Assembly (NCBI GenBank): GCA_907165135.1
Contig: OU015568.1
Location: 13,268,001 to 13,332,000, forward strand
Reading direction: 5' to 3'
DNA from: Oikopleura dioica
Lineage: Eukaryota; Animalia; Chordata
Length of the DNA stretch: 64,000 bases
Of this stretch, positions 37,547 to 48,570 are shown in pieces. The notes under the pieces are model-generated. The model saw only the letters and a program-made list of their open reading frames with translations. It had not been told where the DNA came from and searched no databases. The position numbers and the translations under genes were made by a program. The stretch's first letter is position 1. Each line of letters opens with the position of its first letter.

Positions 37547-38913
37547 TTGAGCAAGAATGATCCCTTCAGAATGCAAGTTTGTAAAGATGCACCTGCAGTT
37601 AAACTGCTTAAATTAGACACTAAAGAAGCAGTTGCTTCAGTTATGGCAGAAAATTTGACGACAAGGAAAAATAAAAAGCTCAAAATGGTCAATTTAATGA
37701 AGAAACAGTCGCCGCTATCTCCGGAAAAGCTTGACGATACATTCGCAGAGACCGACTATATAATTGACGAAGAGAAAGGTCTTCGTAGAGTTAGACCTTA
37801 TTTCTTCACTCATCATAAGTTCGCGCTGAAGAGATGGCTTGGCATGTCTGTTTTTGATATGATGATGAAAGAGTTCAGTCTTCATATTTCAACGCCTGAA
37901 AAGTTAAATGAAACGGCAGAGCGAGGCTACATGCTTTTAAACATGGAAAAGATCAACGCTTCGGAGCTCAAAGAAAGGATCATCAAAGACGGGGATATGA
38001 TTTCAACGAAGGACCATCGCCACGAGCCTCCAATTAGAATCGAATTGCCAACAGTCATCGCCGATACTGACGAGTTCTACGTCGTGAAAAAACCATCAAG
38101 CGTCCCAATTCATCCTGTAGCACAGTACCGACACAACTCACTGATCTTCTTAATTGCCCGAGAATATAAAGTGAACTACCACGTCATTCACAGACTAGAT
38201 AGACTCACTTCTGGGCTCGTTATTTTTGCCAAAACGAAAGAAGTGGCAAAGCGCGTAAGCAAAGAAATATCTGACAGAGTTGTTCAAAAACAGTATCTGC
38301 TGAGAGTCGTTGGGAAGTTTCCTGAAAAGGCAACGTGCGAAGAGAGCTTGTTTGAAATCTCTGCGAAGAAGGGTATTTACAGAGTAGCAAAGGATGGCGA
38401 TGACGAGAAAAAAGTAAAGACTGCTTTGACAAACTTCGAGCTTGTTGAATTTTTCGAAGATAGCAACGAAAGTCTTGTTCGTGCAATGCCAAAGACTGGT
38501 AGAACACATCAAATTCGCGTTCATACTCAGTATTTGGGCTTCCCGATCATCAACGACCCGGTTTACAATGATCCTCTGTTTGGGAAAGAACGATTTTGGA
38601 ACGACAACAAAGAGAAGATATCACAGAAGATATTGGGGACCAAAAGGTTTTAAGATTGCCGAGGAAAGTGACACGCCTCAGATGGCTTTTGAAAAGGATC
38701 CGCTCTGGTAAGTTGTGGACTGATTTCCTAAATCATGCGCGTTCTAGTGATAAATGCAGGAACACTCCTGCTGATCCCAATCAACACGACCTGATCCTCT
38801 ATCTTCACGCTCAAAAATACTCTGGCCCGAACTGGAGCTTCGAAACACCGCTCCCTTTCTGGGCTGAGCGCGACTTCAAAACTCCTGAATATTACAAGAA
38901 ATACCTTCTGTAG
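37547..38913 (+). CDS. RPUSD2: RluA-family RNA pseudouridine synthase (RPUSD2-like), with one apparent indel; start uncertain
   Basis: VKKPSSVPIHP, HRLDRLTSGL (catalytic Asp), PKTGRTHQIRVH, GFPIINDPVY, DPLCDKC, LYLHAQKY. The frame shifts near 38648-38651. Confidence 0.9.
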
Positions 38914-38989
38914 CAAATATTTTCTAGAACAAAATCCCATCAATTCGAAGTCAGCAATTTGTTTTTAGTTTGAGAATGAGCGTATAAAA

Positions 38990-40650
38990 ATGCCAACAGA
39001 GTTCAAATTGAAATCGTTGGCCCCGGGTCCGCCCTCGGGTACTATTCTGCAACTTCAAGGCAAACTCTCTTCAGGTAACTTTGGTTTTCGAGGTTTATTC
39101 TAGCGTGAATTTAGTTAACCAAGAAACATTATCACATTCAAGCACTTGTTATAAGCGAAACGACTATTATCACAACACATGTATAGAAATGCTAAGGTAA
39201 CTTTTTAACACTCCTCGTTGATTCTACTATTTTTAACTAGAAATGGCTATCACAAAGCATATTCTGAAATGTTCAATCTGATCGAGAAGCGTAAGCTAGA
39301 AATAATCGCAGCTGGGCCTGGAACGCTGATGTCGCTCGCCCCCGTCGTTCACGAAAATAAAGAATACTTGGACACATTCAAGGAGAAGCTCACTGCGGCC
39401 GAAGAGGCCGAGCGGAAGAAGCGAGCAAGTCAAAGTCTACTCAAATATTTCCGAATTGGCGCTCTACTTCAGCGAGCGGAAGCTCACCTGGCTTTCTCAT
39501 CACTTCTTCGATAGGGCACTCGCCATTGCGTCTGAGAGTAAGTGACAGCCTTGATTCTCTTCCTTGATTTCAATTCTAAAGAGTAGACACTTTCACAATC
39601 GTTTTCAGTAACTGTGGATTCTGGTAAAAGCCTTTGCGAAGCAAGCGAGCGGTGTGGTTTGGCCTGTGAGTCTCGCGGTGAAATCGACGCGTCTCGGAGC
39701 CACCTTGAAAAAGCGGTGAGCCTGTCGCACGGACGGGGAACATGGAAGACAGCACAGGGCGACACGTGGAATCAAACATCGTCGTTTCACCTTTCTCGCG
39801 TGCTCAGACTCGTCGCCGAAAAGGACAGCTCAATCGAGAGCCAACTACAGGTGACCTTTTGCGCGCTAAGCTCCGTCATTATCTACCGGTATTATTGTAG
39901 CTACTCGAAAAGTCAGTGCTCGCCGCGGACACTAGCAAATATGAAAAACAATCTCAACTGCCAATTACCACTACGGACACAAGTTATTCCAAGCAAAAAT
40001 GTACCAAAAATCACGTCAAATTCTTGAACGCGGCCTCGAAAACGCCCTTATTATACAGAATGGTAAGAATCAATTCAATTAGATTTCAAATTTATTCAAA
40101 TGGTCATTTAGATGAGTTGATTCAAAAGATCACGGCTGTACTGTCCGACCTGATCCGAGCGAAAGGAGCTGGATTTGGAGATGAAATATTGGAATCGGCC
40201 GAAGCGATACTCAAAAAGGCGGTCGATAAAGTTGAATCCGAGGTAGGTCACCGTAAGTGGGTCTCCTTCACTTCCGTCAGCTGATCAATTTTTTAAAGTC
40301 GATATTTTTGACCACGATATTTTCAATTTTTCGTATAATTCCGCTTCGAGTTTGCCATCCCGTCGAATCCGCTTCTGCAAAATGCAATCAAAGTGGAATA
40401 TTCATAAATTAAATTCGCTTGGCAGATTGATTGAGCTTGCTCAGGCGCGCTTTCAAATTGCAACAAATTTAATTTGCCCAAGCTTGCTCCTTGGGGAAAT
40501 TCTAAATTGCTTATGCAGGTCAATCAAATCCGCCAGCTGATGGGTGAGCCTCCCTCTCATGGGCCATTCTTGCTGTCTTTCGTGACATTTTGATGATGAA
40601 TTATACATTTTCTGAAGGGTCATTTCGTTCATTTAAAATATATTTCTATA
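38990..40650 (+). CDS. TTC29: Tetratricopeptide repeat protein 29-like (ciliary/flagellar); 3' end approximate; one apparent indel
   Basis: GYHKAYSEMFNLIE...LTAAEEAERK, LALYFSERKLTWLSHHFFDRALAIA and EASERCGLACESRGE...GRGTWKT align with TTC29 segments as recalled. The frame shifts near 39421. Confidence 0.65.
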
Positions 40651-41989
40651 ATATTCTTTTTCTGTAAATTCCCAAGAATTGCCAAGATGATCATTTTTCG
40701 TTTCTTTGCGAAATTTCTTCGCGGCTTCGCTTGAGCCCGAAGGAAAGCCGCGGCGCGTCTTTTTAATAATCGTTTCCAGGACTCTGACTCAGATTTTGTG
40801 CACAGGTTGGCACACAGCTCGCAATGATAATTTTCTTTTATTTTAATAATTTAAAATTTAAAATCAGGTGAGTCATCGTAAAACCATCATTTTTACGCAG
40901 AGGCACTGCCCAGCGGGCAAGGGAAAGATCATTCTTATTCAGCGGGATTGGTACGTGACTGACTGTGCCAGAAGAGCGTGGTGTCGAGTGCCTCCTTGGC
41001 AGGCCGTGTCGCGATGTCGTCTTTTTCTTCGTTTCTTTTTTCAATTTTGGTCTCCTTTGGTTGATTTGGTCGACGCCTCCGCCCACGCACTTTCTCCCTT
41101 TGCTCGATTTCGCGACGCAGAGCAGAAAGGCGCCCGTCACTCGCCACACTACTCTCTCAGCGCGTCAGAGACAGCAGCAGCCTTTTTCTTGTTTTATTTT
41201 TCCAGTGAATATTTTGAAAAGTAATCACCACGTGAAGAAATAAACAGCGAACTAGCCAAGCAGCTGATTGGCTGTAACAGTTCGAGAGAGGAAGTCTAGA
41301 GAAACCATCAATGAGTAATGCGATTATTCAGATTATTAATAGAAATATTGAATGAAGCCGGCACTGAACAGAAATCCTAGAAGTGGTTCAGCTTGAGTGA
41401 GACTGTAATTTACAGTTTCCGAAAGCATCAAGAGCTTGAGCCAGTTCTAATTTCTGCCCAAGGCCGAGGCTGACCAATCGACGCCCGGGAAATTCAAAAG
41501 AGAAAATCCGCGCTCGAGGGGTGTGTATTTGTTTCCCGCAGCCGCTAAAATGAAACATTTCATGACGCATTCGAAGAATGAAAAAGCTAATTTGGATAAA
41601 TAATGGTCTTCTTCGCGCGTCGATTATAATGACGATTGGAAAGATTTTCCAGTCAAAAAACGGAACTAGAAGAAAATTTGTTTACGCAGCTAGAAGTGCT
41701 AAATATTGACTCAAAAGCGATGATTCCGGGACGGCAAATATTTTAATAAATTGTTAAATAATTACTCGACTTAGAAAAAAATGAATCAGCTGACGGAAAT
41801 CCCCATAATTATCATTTGGTTGAACAAAATTTGAAATTGCTCCAGATTTTCTCATTTCGTTCGAGAGTTGAGTTGAGTTTTGAAGAAATTTCGAAATTCG
41901 TTATTCGAAATCTCGAAAACGAATTCAACTTGATCATTCGGGCCATCACAGTAACACCACCTAAAAATGATATGTCTACAAATAATCTT

Positions 41990-43092
41990 GCTTAAAATAC
42001 CCGGTTTTGTAACTTTCGAGGTGGTCTTACTGAGCTCATTTGGATGAGCAAAGAAAAGTTGTATTCCTGATTGATTTTAGGGCGGGCAATGCTCCGTGGA
42101 TGCACTTTCGCAAATGTCACTACTTTACAACGCGTACAAAAAGCACCCTCAAGCGACGGAACTCATCCAAAAAGCCTACCATAATTGTGAGGAAGCAAAG
42201 TAAGTAACCGAACAAACCTTTTGCCCTTCTTATCGTTCAACGACGAAATACACGGCGTCGATCATTTAGGGTTCAGTGATTTAAAATTGATCCTAATTAA
42301 AGGCGGCCGGGAGGATAATCTAACTCTGAAATTTGAGGAAGCGGCCGGTGAATTTCTTTTTTGAGACGTTGATACTTTATCCCTTTTAAAATTAAAAATT
42401 ACAGTCACTCGAGGCCGAATTCACTGCGAAGGAATTTCCCCTACAGAAATTACGCAGTTTTTAATTTTTAGCTTATCAAAGAATTTGTAGATAGGGCGTA
42501 CTTGGATAGAATTTCATAAAGCTATTAAAAGGTATTTCATCCGCGAGTGACTGTAAATTATTTTTCAAAAATAAAAGTCGTGCCATCTGCGCATCCTTCT
42601 TTTTCTTATTCGCGCTATACGTTTTGATTAAGCATTGAGAATCGATGGCTACTATCGACAGCGGCCTGTTCAGAAATATATTTTTCTATCGATTGGAGGA
42701 ATTCCTACAGACGGTTCATATTCAAAAGCAAACTCAATGAATAGCTTTATGCCAAAATAAGATCGATAATATTGCCCTGGCTGGGGTCAATGAGGCCGAA
42801 CCTTTTTTAATTCCTCATCTTACCTCCTTTAATTGCCTCTCTTAATAAAGCAATAATGTTGCCGATATGATTGTATTATTCTTGATTCGCAAGATTTATG
42901 AACCAACAATTTAGGAATCGTGAAAGATCGACGCGTGTAGCAGTCGGCACTGTAGTTGGAAACGAGCATCTACTAGAGTACCGCCGTCAACTGTCACTAG
43001 CTACCAAGAACAAAAAGAACGTTCGCATTTTGGTCAACTGGAAGAACCTTGGAGATCTGCAGACTCTGCAGCCTGATAAACAGCAAAACTGA
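41990..43092 (+). CDS. Unresolved multi-exon gene upstream of fumarase
   Basis: Several short open segments are bounded by GT/AG (e.g. 42084-42199 followed by GTAAGT). No homology recognised. Confidence 0.25.
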
Positions 43093-43182
43093 ACTTTCAT
43101 ATTCTATTCTATTTTTCTATTCAATAAATAATCTATATATTTTTTAATAATTATTGTCGTTATTGAATTCGTACGGTTTAGC

Positions 43183-45166
43183 ATGCGTCAGTTCGTTTTG
43201 TCCCGAGTCGTTCGACCAAAAATTCCATCTCGATTCGTAAGTTGTGTTGAATTTTTATAAATGAGATCACGATACAAGCCCGCTTTTCCCTTCTGGTCAG
43301 TGGGTGGTGCTCGAGACACAAGTTCTTTATCTTTTTTATGAAACCCATATTTTACTGAAAATTAACATGGGGCACTTTAAAAGAATCACTTTAGTTGTTA
43401 CTCTTTTTCATTAGAATTAATTTCAATTAGTTATAAAGCGCAGGAATATTATGGTTCCCTTCAGATATTTTTATATAATCGTAAAATAAGTGAAATGATC
43501 ATAACTAGCCGAGCCACACCTAGTAGACATCACAATATCGAGAAAAGAGCACCGATAGAAAATGATTCCGGTCAGAATAAAGATTTATATTCAGTTCTAT
43601 TACCATTGTGATAGATTGACCGTTTTAAAATGAATTCTAGGCGTCTGGCTTCCGAATCGAGACCGACACCATGGGTGAGATGCAGGTGCCAAACGACAAG
43701 CTCTATGGCTGCCAGACCGCGCGATCGATGAAAAACTTCCCCATTGGCGGCGAGGCCGATAAGATGCCCCGACAGATCATCCAAGTAATTGATAATTAAA
43801 TTATTCTAATTGTAACCGCTCCACAAGGCTTTCGGTTACCTCAAGAAGGCCTGCGCCGAAGCAAACCAGAAGTTTGGACTCGATGCCAAGCTCGCCAACG
43901 CGATCAAAGAGGCCGCCGATGAGGTCATTTCTGGCAAGCTTTACGACGAGGGTCACTTTCCTCTTGTCATCTTCCAGACTGGCTCGGGCACCCAGTCGAA
44001 CATGAACACCAACGAGGTCATTTCCAACCGCGCCAATCTCATCCTCGGCGGCGAAGTCGGCACCAAGTCCCCCGTCCACCCCAACGATCACGTCAACAAG
44101 TCCCAGTCCTCGAACTGCACCTATCCTACGGCTATGCACGTCGCCACCGCTCTCGAAATCAACAACGTTCTCCTCCCGGGCCTCAAGAAGCTCCGAGAGG
44201 CCCTCTACGAGAAGCAGAAAGCTTTTGAGCACATTGTCAAAATTGGCCGAACTCATATGATGGACGCTACTCCATTGACTCTCGGACAGGAATTCTCTGG
44301 ATACGTTCAGCAGCTCGATAACGGAATCGCCCGTGTTGAAGCCACCCTCCCACGAGTCTACGAACTTGCCATCGGTGGCACCGCTGTCGGAACTGGTCTC
44401 AACACTCGAATTGGTTTCGCAGAGGCTTGCTGTGAGGAGCTTTCCAACTACACCGGTCTTCCATTTGTCTCCGCTCCCAACAAGTTCGAAGCTCTCGCCA
44501 ACCACGACGCCATGGTTGAGGTTTCCGGCGCTCTCAACGTTGTCGCCTGCTCCATCCACAAGATTGCCAATGATATGCGCCTCGCTTCTGGACCACGATG
44601 TGGTCTTGGCGAGCTCAATCTTCCCGAAAACGAGCCCGGATCCTCCATTATGCCCGGCAAGGTCAACCCAACTCAGGTTGAAGCTATCACTATGGTCTGT
44701 ACGCAGGTCATGGGTAATAATATGGCTGTCACCGCTGGCGGTATGAACGGTCACTTTGAGCTCAACGTCTACAAGGTAAGTTTTTTATCTTATCAACCCA
44801 TTCATAAAACTCAATCAATAGCCAGTCATGGTTTCCAACGTTCTCCGATCTGCCAACCTCATCGGCACTGCCTGCAACGCCTTTGTTGATAACTGCGTTG
44901 TCGGCATCACCGCCAACGAAGCCCGAATCGATCAGCTTCTCAATGAGTCTCTTATGCTCGTAACCGGTGATAACATTTCCAAGCAACCCCTTTTCAACCG
45001 CTTTTCAGCTTTGAACCTCCACGTCGGATACGATAAGGCCGCCGCCATCGCCAAGAATGCGCATAAGAAGGGAACCACGCTCCGAGAGTCTGCCAAAGAA
45101 AACGGCATCACGGACGAACAATTTGACGCTTGGGTTGTCCCAACCGATATGCTCGGACCAAAATAA
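43183..45166 (+). CDS. FH: Fumarate hydratase class II, mitochondrial
   Basis: Presequence exon [18 protein letters not shown] (43183-43236), [38 protein letters not shown], signature [23 protein letters not shown]. Confidence 0.97.
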
Positions 45167-45370
45167 ACTTTTTATTGGGAGAGTGAAACAATTATTTATT
45201 AAGCGCGCCCATTTCTGTATCTTTTTAAGAAATGTGTTCCTCTCGTGAAATTGCTTTTACATGTGTGTGTTTCTACAAGTTCAGATTCAAATAGTTTTGA
45301 AGCATAAAAATGATGCATTATTCGGAAAGCTGATGTTTCGTTGATGAAATTTTTCAGGGTTGGGTTAAGG

Positions 45371-45968
45371 ATGTCTACTGCTGCTCGGCGACGTCTTATG
45401 CGGGATTTTAAAAGACTCCAGGAAGACCCCCCAGCTGGTGTTTCCGGAGCCCCAACAGACAACAATATTCTCCTCTGGAACGCTGTAATATTTGGCCCGG
45501 CAGATACACCGTTTGAGGACGGGACGTTCAAACTAACCATAGAATTTACAGGTACACTTTCAAACTTGGCTCTATCTGAAATCAAATTGTAGAGGAGTAT
45601 CCAAATAAACCGCCCGTCGTGAGATTTACCTCTAAAATGTTCCATCCGAATGTTTACGCGGATGGGTCCATATGCCTTGATATCCTGCAAAACCGCTGGT
45701 CGCCCACATATGATGTGTCTTCTATCTTGGTTGGTTGTGCATGAGTAGTAATGAAGCATATATAACTCCGTATTCGTTCACTTTCATTTCTGTTCAAACA
45801 AGTGTAAATTTGCCTTTTAGACATCCATTCAATCACTTCTCGATGAACCGAACCCCAACTCACCCGCCAATTCCCAAGCCGCTCAACTCTTCCAGGAAAA
45901 TAGACGAGAATATGAAAAGAAAGTGATGCAGGTCGTCGAGCAGAGGCTGGAAGGAGGACGATGAGTAG
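45371..45968 (+). CDS. UBE2A/B: Ubiquitin-conjugating enzyme E2 A/B (Rad6), with one apparent +1 indel near the C-terminus
   Basis: [64 protein letters not shown]. Removing one G at 45944-45946 restores VEQSWKEDDE*. Confidence 0.97.
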
Positions 45969-46460
45969 TCCCGCATCTCATTCCTCACTCCTTAGTTTCT
46001 CTTCAGTGAAGAGCCACATTCTCACTTTTTATGTAGCAATAAATTATTGTGTGAAAAAACCTCTTGATGAAAAACAAAGACTTCACAGCAGTTGAGTGTT
46101 TTTGTTCAGATGATCTTGAATGAATCGGCTGGGATGCACCAGAAGCAGGCTAGTTAGATCCAAGTTAGCAGTGAACATCGAAAGCTTGCAAAATGCGTTG
46201 AAATTTGTTCATGAAACTGGGCATTGTTCTTATGTGGAGGGTTTCAACTATGAAACTTTTGAGATTGTTATATTGAAGTGATCATTTGGAAACCCCGTTA
46301 CTAGATATCCGACGATGTATTTTGCAAATACGGCGCTTGGAGGACCTTTTCGCAGCTCGATAGTAACTCTCAAAGATCAGCAATTCACAGTCTTTACTCG
46401 ACGCCTTCTATAGATCGAAAGTTCAAAATTTCTGAGTTTTCAAAGAATGCCTCAACATCT

Positions 46461-47265
46461 TTGAATCTCCAAAATGACCTGCCAGATTTCGAAGTTGCAG
46501 CTTCTTACCAATACCTGTCGAGACTTCCCAAATCAAAACCGCTTGTAAATGCTGACAGTCTTGTATTGTTTGAGGATAAGCAAATGGATTCTGAACTCAA
46601 GGAAAACGTTCTTGAGGCGATTGTCTGTCAGATGCTTTTCAACTCGTCTCTTAGAGGTTTGATACTACGATTATTTCTAAAAAAATATTTTTAGACAAAC
46701 TTAAATCGGTGACACAAGTTATCGAACGCGCTTCATCAAGTGGAATCAGGTCGTCCGGAGCTCTTAGTCTTGTGTATCAATATGCGAGAGTGGCTGGTAC
46801 CCATGAGAAAAATTATTTACTCGGAGTGAAAGATCAGTTCCTGGAATACGCAGAGCGACTGCAAATCGTTGATGATACGTTTACTTTGATAAGACTGGGT
46901 AATGCTTTAGAAGTTCTGAATTTCGATGATATCAAGTCCTTCTTTCCCTACTTGGAAATTCTTGCGAATATGAAGCCTTCAACTATTCGACCGACAATAA
47001 CAACGACTCTAGCACAGTACACAAGGCCGCAAAAACCTCAGCAAACCAGCAATCCATACGTTTCAGTATCTCCTTCTTTTGCAAACCCTTATCATCGAGA
47101 ATATCAATTTCGAAGCGATTTTCGAAGCCAACTCGAACGCCTGGTCGAGTTTCCATCATATCTTGCTCTGGTTATGCCTTATTTGACGAAGAAGCAGCGA
47201 GATTTACTGCGAAGCAGAGTTAAAAGAACCCATTTACTGAATATCGAACGCGGTTACGATCAGTA
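46461..47265 (+). CDS. Unknown host gene, truncated by the assembly gap
   Basis: Open segments 46461-46694 and 46709-47265 run up to the N block. No homology recognised. Confidence 0.4.
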
Positions 47266-47765
47266 NNNNNNNNNNNNNNNNNNNNNNNNNNNNNNNNNNN
47301 NNNNNNNNNNNNNNNNNNNNNNNNNNNNNNNNNNNNNNNNNNNNNNNNNNNNNNNNNNNNNNNNNNNNNNNNNNNNNNNNNNNNNNNNNNNNNNNNNNNN
47401 NNNNNNNNNNNNNNNNNNNNNNNNNNNNNNNNNNNNNNNNNNNNNNNNNNNNNNNNNNNNNNNNNNNNNNNNNNNNNNNNNNNNNNNNNNNNNNNNNNNN
47501 NNNNNNNNNNNNNNNNNNNNNNNNNNNNNNNNNNNNNNNNNNNNNNNNNNNNNNNNNNNNNNNNNNNNNNNNNNNNNNNNNNNNNNNNNNNNNNNNNNNN
47601 NNNNNNNNNNNNNNNNNNNNNNNNNNNNNNNNNNNNNNNNNNNNNNNNNNNNNNNNNNNNNNNNNNNNNNNNNNNNNNNNNNNNNNNNNNNNNNNNNNNN
47701 NNNNNNNNNNNNNNNNNNNNNNNNNNNNNNNNNNNNNNNNNNNNNNNNNNNNNNNNNNNNNNNNN
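47266..47765. other. Assembly gap (500 N)
   Basis: Run of n characters. Confidence 1.
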
Positions 47766-48570
47766 GACCTGACCAAAAATCTGGGTGCTCAAACATAGCA
47801 AGCCTCGTTGTTGTTGAGATGCTGTTGAGGTGACGCTTAGTGCGCGCCACCCCTGTTTTGCAGTTTTGTCTCTAGAATTGTTGTGCGCGCGGGCGCGGCG
47901 CAAGTCGAAAAGCTCATTCGCGTTAAAAAGCACGCTCGTGCGGCCGATTTTTCGGAGTTCTCCGATGTGACCGACTTAGCGATGCTTTTTATACTTTATT
48001 TAATTCTAGCTCTTTACTCAGTACGGAGCCTAGATAGCGATCAAACCCCGATTATTCATTAATTAGGGAGTTTATTCCTTTCGCGGCAGCATTCATTGCT
48101 ACCAGCGCTTTTTCACGGGGCTCTATAATTCCTTGACCGGTTGAGCCCTCTCGCAAGCCACGGCTTCGCAGAGAAAGTTGTTTTCCCCAGCTTACTGGCG
48201 AATTACAACATTTTACACTTGCCGCTGTTCAGCGAAAAATAAGTGTAGCTCCTACTTGTCCAGCCTGGCGAATAGGTGTTTCGGAACGAGATAGACGGGC
48301 CGGTCGGCCCTTTTTATCCGTTTCCCCCTCGTTGATTTTTATTCGCGAGTTTTCCTCGTCGAAAAATCACTTTTGCGAGAGAGAGAGAGTGTGCTGGCGC
48401 TCGCCTACGCACACGTGCCCGGAGGGGATCATCCAGCCGCCGCGGCGTTTCAGCCACTCAGGAGCCGCGCGTGAGCTCGAGCGGTGACGGTGACTTTTTG
48501 AAAAGCCACTAATTACCTACCTTTTTCAAAAAAGAGAGCAATTTCTTTAGAGAAAAGACCCTTCTTCCGA

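Noticed and set aside
43801-44754. 317-aa minus-strand ORF; likewise 33913-34893, 20293-20727, 21184-21513 and 23548-23844
   Set aside because: These are antisense shadows of strongly codon-biased genes (FH, ACAA2, TXN, SLC25A3).
46709-47933. ORFs spanning the N block
   Set aside because: Artefacts of translating the gap as X.
48297-48315. GC hairpin followed by T5 (terminator or Pol III-like end)
   Set aside because: No convincing A/B boxes or tRNA fold upstream, and bacterial terminators are irrelevant here. Too short to support a call.
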